DNA from: Bdellovibrionales bacterium
Lineage (GTDB): Bacteria; Bdellovibrionota; UBA1018
Assembly (NCBI GenBank): GCA_018266355.1
Contig: JAFEAP010000005.1
Span: 212,546-244,545 of the forward strand
Direction of reading: 5' to 3'
Length of the DNA: 32,000 nt
The notes under the pieces were generated by a model that saw nothing but the letters and a program-made list of their open reading frames with translations, was not told where the DNA came from and did not search any database. Position 1 is the first letter of the stretch. Each line of letters starts with the position of its first letter. This document shows, one piece after another, positions 8,201 through 17,216 of this stretch. Both the position numbers and the translations under genes were made by a program.

Positions 8201-8918
8201 TTTCTTCACCTCCCTTCACTCGATTCGTGGTCTCAGCCGCGCCTACCGACGCGGTCGATCTCGATTTCGCCCGGACCACTCCGGCGAGTTTTTCCGCGAG
8301 CGGAGCCGACTTTGCGGGCTCCATCGCGGCGAGAATTTTTCCGAGTTTGGCCGAGGACAGGCGGGCCATCGCTTCGACGGCGAGGCGCTCGTCCACGGAG
8401 GCGACGATCGCGGCCGCCGCCTTCGGGCTCATGCTCTCGAAGGTTTCGACGAGCTTGCCGACCTTCTCTTCGTTCTTTTGGTCGCCGATCGACTGGGCGG
8501 TCTTGATCTCGTCCCGGACGGCGTCGAGTTTCTTCAATTCGTCGTTCAGCGCGGCCTCTTTCGCCGCGATCTCGTCTTCGCGCTTCTTCAGCTCGGCGTC
8601 CCGCTTCGCGAGGTCCTTCTTGAGTTCCTGGACGTCCGCGATCGACGCCTCGTCGGTCAGGCATCCGCCCTTCTTCACTCGCGCGGAGGCGGCGAAGCCG
8701 CTGGTCGGAGCCGCGCCGGCCGCCGTTTCGGGGGCCTCGGCCGGAGCCTCGGCTTTCGCGGTTTCGGCGGCCTTGCCCTCGGATATCTCGGCGGGAGCGT
8801 CCTCGGCGAAGGTCTCCGGAGCTTCGCTCGTCAGCGTCGTCACGAAGAGACTCCCGGCGCCCGTAAGGGCGACGAGGACGAAGATCGTGCGGGCATCGAG
8901 CTTGATACGGTTCTTCAC
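8106..8918 (-). CDS. MotE/YlxF-like flagellar protein (N-terminal membrane anchor, coiled coil, MgtE_N-like helical region)
   Basis: 270 aa. GTG start overlaps the fliJ stop (GTGA). Hydrophobic N-terminus TIFVLVALTGAGSLFVTTL, a coiled coil (LKKDLAKRDAELKKREDEIAAKEAALNDELKKL), then MSPKAAAAIVASVDERLAVEAMARLSSAKLGKILAAMEP. It occupies the fliJ-ylxF-fliK position. Confidence 0.7.
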   Translation of the reverse strand: MKNRIKLDARTIFVLVALTGAGSLFVTTLTSEAPETFAEDAPAEISEGKAAETAKAEAPAEAPETAAGAAPTSGFAASARVKKGGCLTDEASIADVQELKKDLAKRDAELKKREDEIAAKEAALNDELKKLDAVRDEIKTAQSIGDQKNEEKVGKLVETFESMSPKAAAAIVASVDERLAVEAMARLSSAKLGKILAAMEPAKSAPLAEKLAGVVRAKSRSTASVGAAETTNRVKGGEENGNLKQSSTDAVERRQPEPALGREPAGNEKR

Positions 8919-9385
8919 GCGGTTTCACTCCATTCGAATTCCTCGGTCGTCGTGGACCGAGTGGCGTAGACTTCTTCGAGCTGCTTCTGCTCGCGCTTGC
9001 GGAGCGCGGTCTTGAATTCTTCGTAAGCCTTTTCGCGCAGCACCTCGATCGCGCGCAGCGCCCTCTTCGCCGCGATCACTTCGCGAAGCGCCTTCTCGAC
9101 GAATTTCCGCGCGCGGAAGATCGCCTGGTCGGACTGCACGATGCGAACGCGGTTTCCCGCGATGAATTCGTTTTCCATTTGGTACGCGAGGACCGGCTGC
9201 GGAACGCCGGCGAGCGCCTCGCGGCGCGCGAGCGCGCGGTCGTTATCTTCGAGGATCTTCCGCTTCGCGTTCAGCGCGTCCTGGTATTTCGCCTGGGCGA
9301 GCGCGAGCGCACGGAGCGTCTCTTGCTCCTTCGCCTTTCTCACCCGTTCGACGGCTTCTAAACGAAATCGGAAACGTTTCGTCAT
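8915..9385 (-). CDS. fliJ: Flagellar export chaperone FliJ
   Basis: 156 aa, all-helical and charged coiled-coil protein (RFRLEAVERVRKAKEQETLRALALAQAKYQDAL...). Size and position match fliJ. Call rests mainly on synteny. Confidence 0.75.
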   Translation of the reverse strand: MTKRFRFRLEAVERVRKAKEQETLRALALAQAKYQDALNAKRKILEDNDRALARREALAGVPQPVLAYQMENEFIAGNRVRIVQSDQAIFRARKFVEKALREVIAAKRALRAIEVLREKAYEEFKTALRKREQKQLEEVYATRSTTTEEFEWSETA

Positions 9386-9423
9386 CGCTTATCCATTCTC
9401 CCTGACCGCGCGCACCGCCTCTA

Positions 9424-9473
9424 GACTGAATGTTTTGCCGAGACTAAACGGCCGGGTGACGGAGAATTGGCGG
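9424..9473. repeat. Left copy of an imperfect ~50-nt direct repeat flanking the fliI/fliJ insert
   Basis: AGACTGAATGTTTTGCCGAGACTAAACGGCCGGGTGACGGAGAATTGGCGG. Shares the core GAATGTT..GCCGAGACT.A.CGG and the downstream ACGG..ATTGG with 10989-11038 in the same orientation. Confidence 0.5.
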
Positions 9474-9563
9474 AAAATCGGCGCAAATTCGGCGCGTGAT
9501 CGCCGCCGGGAATTTGACGGTCACTCGATTCAGTTTTCTACGCGCGTCGCCGAAGAGAAAATT

Positions 9564-10952
9564 ATGCGAACTCGAAATTCCTTTTCCGTACGTGCGGCCC
9601 TCGCGATCGGCCTCCTTCCGGCCGGGTCCTTCGCCGGCACCCCCACCATTTCGGCCACCAAATCGGCGGATCCTATCTGCCACTCGGCGGTCGGTCCGAA
9701 CGCCGCCCCGAAAGTCGGGCAATGGCTGAAAACCCACGGAACCTCGATCGGACTTACCGAGGACCACATACCCCTAATACTTCCCACCGGTGACCATTGG
9801 CTGAATTCCCTCGCGAGGGACCTCGAGGACTGCTGTCAAATCCAGCTCGGGATTAACAGCTACGCCAGCAGCGCCTTCGAAAAGGACGTCTATCTCCTGA
9901 ATCCCCGGGCATTCGCCTTGACGAACGACCCCGCCGCCTTTCGCGCTCGACTGGCCGCCGATATGGGCCTCGACTTGAGCCAAAGTTACAAAAGCTACCT
10001 CTATACGAAGGACCCGAGTTTCCTCCGAAAAATCCAGGCCCAAATGAAAATCACGGATACCGGCTACCGCATGGTCGGCACGGAGATCGTCTTTACCGGC
10101 GAGGGCACCTCCGAACTGGCCGCTCTCGCGCGGGAGGTGAAAAAGAGCAACGGGGTCGAGGTCCACTTCCGCGAAAGCAACCCCTATAATCAGGCTCCGC
10201 CGAAACTCCGCTACGACTCCGACGGGAAAACCATTTACCTGAATCGCGAACTCGCCTTCACCCAAACGATTTCTTCCGACGTCGATCTCGAACGGATGAA
10301 AACGAGCCTCGCCGTCGAAAAGTCGATCGCCGAGGAGGGCTTGAACTCCCCTTTTTCGGGCACCCTCACGATCAAGAAACGCTACAGGACCGGTACGCTA
10401 ACCGGGACCGGCGAAGGTCTGCTCGCGAATCCGGAACTCGGCTACGCCGAGCTCATGAAAAGCCTCGAACAGAAGGTGTCGGAAAGCGATTTCCAGGCTT
10501 ACATGAACCAAGTCGCCGACGAGCTGAACTTCAGCGAAAAACTCTACAGGCAGTCCCTCGACAAGCTGAAGGCCGGTGAAGCGAAAGTAAGCGTAAAAAA
10601 CGGAAAGATCCGGCTCTCGATCAAACCCGTACGCGAAAACGCGCTCCAAACCTGGGAGGCGTCGCGGCTCGTGCTCGAGCTCGACGATCCGGCATTGCTT
10701 GATAAGGCCGAGTACCTTTCCGGCGTAACCGGACTGATCAACCGGTTCTTTTATCCGGGCCCCACGGTCTCCCGGTTCAACGCCGTTGCCGAACCCTTCC
10801 GTGAAGCGCTCTCGATTCGATTCGCGCGCCTACAGAAGCAGAAGGCCCGCTGGGACGAGGTTTACCTGAAAGCCTTGAGTCTGCAGGGCCGCGAAGGGTG
10901 GGCCGAGCGACGCCGTCTTCTGGAAAATCTCCGCGAGCTGTTCGCGATCTAA
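9564..10952 (+). CDS. Secreted protein of unknown function (462 aa), on the opposite strand inside the flagellar operon
   Basis: In-frame ATG at 9564 gives a clean signal peptide (MRTRNSFSVRAALAIGLLPAGSFAG). Amino-acid composition is balanced, unlike the Arg/Asp-rich shadow ORFs on the other strand. The upstream part of the 603-aa track ORF overlaps fliJ and looks non-coding. I recognise no family. Confidence 0.75.
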   Translation: MRTRNSFSVRAALAIGLLPAGSFAGTPTISATKSADPICHSAVGPNAAPKVGQWLKTHGTSIGLTEDHIPLILPTGDHWLNSLARDLEDCCQIQLGINSYASSAFEKDVYLLNPRAFALTNDPAAFRARLAADMGLDLSQSYKSYLYTKDPSFLRKIQAQMKITDTGYRMVGTEIVFTGEGTSELAALAREVKKSNGVEVHFRESNPYNQAPPKLRYDSDGKTIYLNRELAFTQTISSDVDLERMKTSLAVEKSIAEEGLNSPFSGTLTIKKRYRTGTLTGTGEGLLANPELGYAELMKSLEQKVSESDFQAYMNQVADELNFSEKLYRQSLDKLKAGEAKVSVKNGKIRLSIKPVRENALQTWEASRLVLELDDPALLDKAEYLSGVTGLINRFFYPGPTVSRFNAVAEPFREALSIRFARLQKQKARWDEVYLKALSLQGREGWAERRRLLENLRELFAI

Positions 10953-10988
10953 CGGGAATAATCGGCCGATTTCGGATCTTCATTCAAA

Positions 10989-11038
10989 AGACGGAATGTT
11001 CGCCGAGACTGAGCGGTCGAGAGTTACGGGATTGGGCG
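10989..11038. repeat. Right copy of the imperfect ~50-nt direct repeat flanking the fliI/fliJ insert
   Basis: AGACGGAATGTTCGCCGAGACTGAGCGGTCGAGAGTTACGGGATTGGGCG. See 9424-9473. Confidence 0.5.
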
Positions 11039-11194
11039 CGTCTCGGTTCCTCCTCCAAGGACACCGATTCACGAGATAGCGTGACCTCGCGTTACGTCAG
11101 AGCCGTTCGCCGCTGACCCGCGCATCGCGGTAACGGGCGGGAATCGCTTCGAATTCCGAACTAAATGATGAAAATTTAAAAATTCAGTCGGAGC

Positions 11195-12580
11195 TCACTT
11201 ACGCGTAGCCGCTTCGGTCGCCCGCACGATCGCGTGCATGAGGTTCACCGATTCTTCGAGCGTCCCCGTCTCGTCGACCCGCTGGCGGAGGAAGAGGTTG
11301 ATCCGGTCGATGGCGGCGATCGCCTGGTCGATCTTCGGGTTCGAACCCTTCGCGTAGGCCCCGATATTGATCAGGTCTTCGGCTTGGTTGTAGAGCGCCA
11401 TCCACTCCTTGATCTTGCCCGCGAAATCCTGCTGGGCGGGATCGGTGACCGAGCGGAAGACCCGCGAGGCGGAGGCGAGGATATCGATCGCCGGAAAATG
11501 GTTCTTCTGGGCGATCTTCCGCGAGAGCACGACGTGGCCGTCGAGGATCGACCGGGCGGAGTCGGCGATCGGATCGTCCATGTCGTCGCCTTCGACGAGG
11601 ACCGTGTAAAGACCAGTGATCGAGCCGCCGTTCACGCCGGTTCCGGCGCGCTCGAGGAGCTTCGGAAGCATCGAGAACACGGACGGCGGATACCCCTTCG
11701 TCGCCGGCGGCTCGCCGAGCGAGAGGCCGATTTCCCGCTGGGCCATGCAGAAACGGGTGACCGAATCCATGAGGAGAAGCACGTCCCGCGACTGGTCCCG
11801 GAAGAACTCGGCGACCGCGGCCGCGAAGATCGCTCCGCGCATCCGCAGGAGCGGACTCTTGTCCGAAGTCGCGACGATCACGACCGAACGTTTCAATCCT
11901 TCTTCGCCGAGGTCGCGCTCGATGAACTCGCGCACTTCCCGGCCCCGCTCGCCGATGAGCGCGATCACGTTCACGTCGGCCTTCGTTTGGCGAGCCATCA
12001 TCCCGAGGAGCACGGATTTCCCGACGCCCGATCCGGCCATGATGCCGACGCGCTGTCCGCGACCGATGGTGAGCAATCCGTTCAAAGCCCGGACGCCGAG
12101 GTCGAGCGGCTGCTCGATCACCGTGCGTTCGAGGGGATGGCTAGGAGATTCGTAGAGCGGCCGTAAACACGCGGTCTCGTCTTCGTCCCACGCGATCGGT
12201 CCCTTGCCGTCGATCGGTTCGCCGGTCGCGTCGAGGACGCGGCCGAGGAGCGCGTTTCCGAGCCGGATCTGCGCGGAATTCCGTTTCAAGACCACGATCG
12301 AATCCGTGCTGACTCCGCGGGCGTCGCCGAACGGCATGAGTACCACGCGTTTCTCGCGGAAACCGATGACTTCGGCGTCGACTCCCGGCATCGCGAGCGC
12401 GCTCTCGTCGAGGCGAAGGGGAACTCCCCCGCCCTCGCCGGTGAGGATGCGACAGACGCTGCCGACGGAAGCGCCCGGAAGGATCGCCTCGAAAACCATC
12501 CCGACCGATTTCACGACTTTACCCGCCACTCGGTAAGGCGTGTGGGTGGAGATTCGGTCGAGGAGCGCGTTCTCTATCAT
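11195..12580 (-). CDS. fliI: Flagellum-specific ATPase FliI
   Basis: 461 aa. Walker A MAGSGVGKSVLLGMM and Walker B VLLLMDSVTRF, with F1/T3SS-ATPase architecture. Its ATG overlaps the fliH stop (ATGA). Confidence 0.97.
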   Translation of the reverse strand: MIENALLDRISTHTPYRVAGKVVKSVGMVFEAILPGASVGSVCRILTGEGGGVPLRLDESALAMPGVDAEVIGFREKRVVLMPFGDARGVSTDSIVVLKRNSAQIRLGNALLGRVLDATGEPIDGKGPIAWDEDETACLRPLYESPSHPLERTVIEQPLDLGVRALNGLLTIGRGQRVGIMAGSGVGKSVLLGMMARQTKADVNVIALIGERGREVREFIERDLGEEGLKRSVVIVATSDKSPLLRMRGAIFAAAVAEFFRDQSRDVLLLMDSVTRFCMAQREIGLSLGEPPATKGYPPSVFSMLPKLLERAGTGVNGGSITGLYTVLVEGDDMDDPIADSARSILDGHVVLSRKIAQKNHFPAIDILASASRVFRSVTDPAQQDFAGKIKEWMALYNQAEDLINIGAYAKGSNPKIDQAIAAIDRINLFLRQRVDETGTLEESVNLMHAIVRATEAATRK

Positions 12581-13458
12581 GCCGATTCCGACTCTCCCGA
12601 ATCGGGGGCATCGGCCTCGATGGTGGCGGCCTCTTCGGCCGCGCGGGCGATCTGGGATTCATCGAGGGCGGCGAGCACCACTTCGTGGAGCGAACCGAGC
12701 TGGGTTTCGAGCGTAGCGTCGACGCGGCTCCAGTCCGTTTCGACGACGACGTCCGAGTCGCCGAGGAGCGAAGAAGACTCGACGGTCACGTTCTTCAATC
12801 CGGAGAATTTCTTCTCGAGTTCGGGCAGCATGCCGTAGAGGGCTTCCATCTGCGACGCGCTCGCGATCAGCTTCAGCTGCTCCTTCGCGCCGACTTTCTC
12901 CACGCAATTCCGGACGAGGCGGGTGATGTACTCCGAGTCGACGAGGATTTCCTTCTGGGCGACGGAACCCGCGATCCGGAACACGAGCTCGACGAGGAAA
13001 CGCTCGTTCGCCCGATGCACTTCGGCCTTCGTGCCTTCGAACGCGGCGATGAGCGCGTCGAGGCGTTCGAGTTTCTCGGCCGCGGAGGCCTCGAAGCTCG
13101 CCTTCGCTTCCGCCTTCCCGCGCGCGTAACCTTCCTCGTACCCCTCTTCGCGGCCCTCCTTCTCGGCGGCTTCGCGAAGCGAATCGACCTGCTGGCGAAC
13201 CCGCGCTTCGACGAGGTGGTTCGTCTCGTCGTCCGCGGAAATCAGGTCGCGCAGGACCGGATCGACTTGGAACCGGCGGTCCTTCCGACCGAGCTCGGCG
13301 AAAGGCTTCGTCGTGCGGTCCGGCCGCTTGCCCGCGAGGGTCGGCGTCCGGTAAGTCGCGGAGGCGTTCGGGCTCAGGTTCGTCATCTCGAACGGACGCA
13401 CCTCGAGGGTCGCTTCCTGATCGAGTTTGAAGATCTTCTTGTCCGTCTCTTGATCCAT
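12577..13458 (-). CDS. fliH: Flagellar assembly protein FliH
   Basis: 293 aa. Charged helical middle (EGYEEGYARGKAEAKASFEASAAEKLERL) and a FliH-type C-terminal domain (VTVESSSLLGDSDVVVETDWSRVDATLETQL). Lies between fliG and fliI. Confidence 0.8.
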   Translation of the reverse strand: MDQETDKKIFKLDQEATLEVRPFEMTNLSPNASATYRTPTLAGKRPDRTTKPFAELGRKDRRFQVDPVLRDLISADDETNHLVEARVRQQVDSLREAAEKEGREEGYEEGYARGKAEAKASFEASAAEKLERLDALIAAFEGTKAEVHRANERFLVELVFRIAGSVAQKEILVDSEYITRLVRNCVEKVGAKEQLKLIASASQMEALYGMLPELEKKFSGLKNVTVESSSLLGDSDVVVETDWSRVDATLETQLGSLHEVVLAALDESQIARAAEEAATIEADAPDSGESESA

Positions 13459-13478
13459 GGCTGCGTATCCCTAGGCCG

Positions 13479-14495
13479 TTAAACGAGCGCGTCCCCGTCG
13501 CCGCCGCGGGCGATCATGATCTTGCCCTCGGACTCGAGGCGCTTCGCGACGTTGATGATTTCCTGCTGGGCCTTCTCGACGTCGGAGAGCTTGACCGGCC
13601 CCATGCTTTCGAGGTCTTCGCGCAGGAGGTCGGCCGCCCGTTTCGAGATGTTCTTGAAGATCTTGTCCTTGATCTCGTCGGGGGCCGTCTTGAGCGCCAT
13701 GACGAGCTTGTCGTTGGGCACTTCCTTGAGCAAGGTCTGCATGCCGCGGTCGTCGATGTAGATGATGTCTTCGAAGACGAACATGAGCTTGCGGATTTCT
13801 TCCGCGAGCTGCGGGTCCTTCTCCTCGACGCGCGCCATGATGTTCTGTTCGGACTGCTTGTCCATGACGTTGAGCATGTCGGCGATCGGTTGGATGCCGC
13901 CGAGCTGCTGGGTGTCGATGGAGCCGAGGGTCGCGAGTTCCTGCTTCAGTACTTCGTCGACCTGCGCGATGAGCGAAGGCGAGATGAAGTCGATGTTCGC
14001 GATACGCAGGACGACCTCGGTCTGGATGGCTTCCGGGAGACGCTTGATGACGTCGACCTTCTTGCCGCCGTCGAGGTGCGCGAGGATGAGCGCGATCGTC
14101 TGCGGGTGTTCGTTGATGAGGAAGTTCGCGAGCGTCCGCGAGTCGACGAGTTCGAGCGCCTCGAGGGTCCGGGACCCTTCGACGACCGAGAGCTGGCCGA
14201 GGACAGTCTTCGCGCGCTCTTCGCCGAGCGTCTGGAGCACGAAATCGCGGCCCATCGCGTGGCCGAAGATGATGTTGTTCTCTTCCGAGATCTCCGAGTA
14301 GAACTCCTCGAGCACGTCGCGCACGACGGTGATCGGCACTTTCGTGACCTGCCCCATGACGTTCACGAGGCGCTTCACGTCGTTGTCCTTCATCTTCTTG
14401 AAGATCTGCGAGGTGACCTGGTTGCCGAGCACGTTCAGCAGCACCGCCGCTTTTTCCACGCCCGACATCTGGTCGATGTTATCGAAGTTCGGCAT
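13479..14495 (-). CDS. fliG: Flagellar motor switch protein FliG
   Basis: 338 aa. SGVEKAAVLL start, MFVFEDI motif and a C-terminal charged-helix region (LREDLESMGPVKLSDVEKAQQEI). Confidence 0.95.
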   Translation of the reverse strand: MPNFDNIDQMSGVEKAAVLLNVLGNQVTSQIFKKMKDNDVKRLVNVMGQVTKVPITVVRDVLEEFYSEISEENNIIFGHAMGRDFVLQTLGEERAKTVLGQLSVVEGSRTLEALELVDSRTLANFLINEHPQTIALILAHLDGGKKVDVIKRLPEAIQTEVVLRIANIDFISPSLIAQVDEVLKQELATLGSIDTQQLGGIQPIADMLNVMDKQSEQNIMARVEEKDPQLAEEIRKLMFVFEDIIYIDDRGMQTLLKEVPNDKLVMALKTAPDEIKDKIFKNISKRAADLLREDLESMGPVKLSDVEKAQQEIINVAKRLESEGKIMIARGGDGDALV

Positions 14496-16192
14496 TAGGC
14501 GGTCTTCCCTTTATCCTTGGACTCTTCGGATTTCTTTTCCGGCGCGCCCGAAGCCGGGGCGACGAGCCAGTCCCGGAGGATGAGCGCGGCCTTCTGCGGG
14601 TTCGCGTCGACGAGGGTGACGACTTTTTCCTTCACCATCTCGCTCTCGATCTTCTCCGGATCGACCTGCTCCGGCATGCCCGGCACCGCGTCCTCGAGGC
14701 CCGGTAGCGCGGCCGAACCTTTCTGGAGCTTCTCGAGCTCCTCGAGCGTCTGCGGCAGGAAGGTCTCCACGCCGTCGGAGGTATTGTCGGTGATCCACTT
14801 GATGAACGGGCGGACGACCATGAAGAAGAAGAGGACGATCACGAGGCCCATGCCCGCGTAGAGGAGCAAGCTCTGGACGTAGGCCTTCTTGTCCCGCTCG
14901 GCCATGAGCGCTTCCGCGTCCGAGAAGTCCGTCTGCGAGAACTCCATGTTCTTCACTTCGAGCGAGTCGCCGCGCTTCTTGTCGAAGCCGACCGCGGAAG
15001 AGATGATCGCCTCGAATTCCTTCAGTTTCTCGGGCGCCCAGAGCTCGACCTTCGACTGGACGACGCCGTCCTTGTCCTTCGTCTTGATGATCTTACCGTC
15101 GACGACCACCGCGACGGAAAGGCGTTTGATCGATCCCGGCGCTTTCGTGGTGGTCTTCACCGTTTCCGGAACCGCGTAATTCGTGATGTCGCCGTCGACC
15201 TTCGTGTCGGTCGTCTTTTGGCCCGAAGGAGCCGTCTGCGCGAGCGGGGTGTTCGACTGGGCCCCGGCGACGCCGGAAGCCGTCGGACGGAAGCCCTGCA
15301 TCGACTGGTTATTGTGCTGCTGCGACCGGATGGCGGCGCCGTCCTGGTCGTAGGTGACCTGTTTCTCGGTCACGGCGTTGAAGTCGAGGTCGGCGGTCAC
15401 GCGCGCGACGACGTGACCGTCGCCGACGATCCGTCCGAGCATCTCCTCGATCGAGCGTTCCATTTCGCGCTCGACGCCTTGTTTGAAGTCGTTCTGCGAG
15501 GACGTGAGCTGGGAAATCGAATCGCCGTTGTTCTTCGAGAGCGTCTTGCCGAGGCTGTCGACGATCATGACGTCGTTCGTGTCGAGGCCTTCGACCGCGT
15601 GGGCGACGAGGGTGGCGATGCCCTGCACCTGCTTGTCGTTCAGCGTCGCGCCCGGCTCGAGGTCGACGATGACCGAGGCCGAGGATTTCTTCTGGTCTTC
15701 GACGAAGGTGGACTTCGCGGGCATCGCGAGGTGGACGCGGGAGCGGCGGACGCCGTGGATCGAGTTCACCGTGCGCATGAGCTCGCCTTCGAGGGCGCGC
15801 TTCTGGTTCACTTTCTGGACGAAGCTCGTCTGGCCGAGGTTCGTCTTATCGAAGACTTCGTAACCGACGACCGAGTTCTGCGGCATGCCCTGGATCGCGA
15901 GGTCCATCCGGAGCTGATCGATGTTCTCGGGGGAGACCGAGATGTTCTTCCCGCCGGCGTCGACCTTGAACGGGATGTTCTTTTCGCGGAGTACGCGGAC
16001 GATGTTCGCCGAGTCTTCCGGGGCCAGGTTCGTCATCAGCGGCATGTACGAGCGATTGCCGGCCCACATGAAGAGCCCGATGACGCCCGCGACGATGGCG
16101 ATCGCCGTGACTCCCATCGCGATCTTCTTCTGGGTGCTTTGGCCCGCCAGAAACTCGCTAAATTGCTTCGTGATTCGATTGAAAAAATCCAC
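14495..16192 (-). CDS. fliF: Flagellar MS-ring protein FliF
   Basis: 565 aa. N-terminal TM helix, a YscJ/FliF periplasmic region (NIVRVLREKNIPFKVDAGGKNISV...), a second TM helix near the C-terminus and a FliG-binding tail. The stop overlaps the fliG start (TAATG). Confidence 0.95.
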   Translation of the reverse strand: MDFFNRITKQFSEFLAGQSTQKKIAMGVTAIAIVAGVIGLFMWAGNRSYMPLMTNLAPEDSANIVRVLREKNIPFKVDAGGKNISVSPENIDQLRMDLAIQGMPQNSVVGYEVFDKTNLGQTSFVQKVNQKRALEGELMRTVNSIHGVRRSRVHLAMPAKSTFVEDQKKSSASVIVDLEPGATLNDKQVQGIATLVAHAVEGLDTNDVMIVDSLGKTLSKNNGDSISQLTSSQNDFKQGVEREMERSIEEMLGRIVGDGHVVARVTADLDFNAVTEKQVTYDQDGAAIRSQQHNNQSMQGFRPTASGVAGAQSNTPLAQTAPSGQKTTDTKVDGDITNYAVPETVKTTTKAPGSIKRLSVAVVVDGKIIKTKDKDGVVQSKVELWAPEKLKEFEAIISSAVGFDKKRGDSLEVKNMEFSQTDFSDAEALMAERDKKAYVQSLLLYAGMGLVIVLFFFMVVRPFIKWITDNTSDGVETFLPQTLEELEKLQKGSAALPGLEDAVPGMPEQVDPEKIESEMVKEKVVTLVDANPQKAALILRDWLVAPASGAPEKKSEESKDKGKTA

Positions 16193-16266
16193 TCGCGTTC
16201 TCCCGTGACTACCTTTTCAGCCTGACTCTTCCTAGTTACGGCGGCCGCTTCGCGGCGCCTACTTAC

Positions 16267-16656
16267 CTAGACCTGCATGCGCATGATTTCTTTATAAGCG
16301 TCCAAGACCTTGTTCCGGACCTGCATCATCAGCTTCAAGGACGCGTCGGCGTTCTCGATCTGGAGCATGGTCTCGTGGATATTCTTCGTGCGCCCGGCGG
16401 CGAGTTCCTTGATCGACTTGTCCGCCGAGATTTGGGCTTCGTTCACCTTTTCGAGGGACTCGGTGAGCATCTGACCGAAGCCTTTCGCGGCTTCACCCGC
16501 GGAAGAAACGTCGGGCGTCGCCATCCCCTCGGCCTGCATCGCGCGAAGGGTCGGCGCTTCGGGCGCGGAGACGTTCTGCTTTCCGGCGCCGAGGAAGCCG
16601 TCGACGTTTCCGCTTTGGAGGGTGCCGGCCAGGTTTTCGATCGTTAAGTTACTCAT
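16267..16656 (-). CDS. fliE: Flagellar hook-basal body protein FliE
   Basis: 129 aa. C-terminal FliE region (FGQMLTESLEKVNEAQISADKSIKELAAGRTKNIHETMLQIENADASLKLMMQVRNKVLDAYKEIMRMQV). Confidence 0.85.
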   Translation of the reverse strand: MSNLTIENLAGTLQSGNVDGFLGAGKQNVSAPEAPTLRAMQAEGMATPDVSSAGEAAKGFGQMLTESLEKVNEAQISADKSIKELAAGRTKNIHETMLQIENADASLKLMMQVRNKVLDAYKEIMRMQV

Positions 16657-16747
16657 AGTTCACGTTTTCGTCTTTCCGGTGACTTCGGTTTCTTCCTGAA
16701 ACCGACTGCCCGCTTAGGGCAGCCGCCCTTTAGCCGACTCCTACCGA

Positions 16748-17185
16748 CTACTTCCCGATCTCGAGCGCTTTGGCGGCCATCGCCTTCGCGGCGTTCATCG
16801 CGGTCACGTTCGCTTCGTACGAGCGCTGGGCCGAGATCATGTTCGCCATCTCCTCGACCGTGTTCACGTTCGGCATGGCGACGTAACCTTCTTCGTTCGC
16901 GTCGGGGTGGTTCGGGTTATAGACCATCCGCGGCGGCGCGGTGTCTTCGTGGATGTCTTCCACGAGCACCCCTTGGACTTGCTGATCGAGCTGGTTGTTC
17001 AGGATCTCGCCGAAGCTTTCCTTGTCCGTCTCGGCGGTAAAGATCGGATCCTTACGCTTGTACGGTCCGCCTTCCTCGGTCCGCGTGGTCTCCGCGTTCG
17101 CGATGTTCGACGAGATCGTGTTCATCCGGCGGGTCTGCGCTTCGAGGCCGCTCGCGCTCACGCGCATGGAAGAAAAGAAATCCAT
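16748..17185 (-). CDS. flgC: Flagellar basal-body rod protein FlgC
   Basis: 145 aa. MRVSASGLEAQTRRMNTISSNIANAETT N-terminus and ISAQRSYEANVTAMNAAKAM C-terminus. Confidence 0.95.
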   Translation of the reverse strand: MDFFSSMRVSASGLEAQTRRMNTISSNIANAETTRTEEGGPYKRKDPIFTAETDKESFGEILNNQLDQQVQGVLVEDIHEDTAPPRMVYNPNHPDANEEGYVAMPNVNTVEEMANMISAQRSYEANVTAMNAAKAMAAKALEIGK

Positions 17186-17216
17186 TACGGGTTACCTCCT
17201 GGGATCATGCCGAGCA

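Noticed and set aside
9141-9563. Upstream 141 codons of the 603-aa plus-strand ORF.
   Set aside because: This part overlaps fliJ on the opposite strand and translates to a Ser/Ala/Arg/Phe-rich shadow-like sequence. The internal ATG at 9564 yields a proper signal peptide.
9386-11194. A mobile genetic element (IS, transposon or integrative element) as the explanation for the fliI/fliJ insert.
   Set aside because: No transposase, integrase or recombinase ORF is present, and I could find no terminal inverted repeats. Only the imperfect direct repeats are visible, so I report it as an insertion-like feature rather than a mobile element.
16685-16705. Hairpin in the fliE leader whose loop contains AGGAAG, resembling a CsrA-type GGA-in-loop site.
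   Set aside because: It is a single site located ~40 nt from the start codon. CsrA targets usually have two or more GGA sites, one overlapping the SD. I cannot support it from sequence alone.
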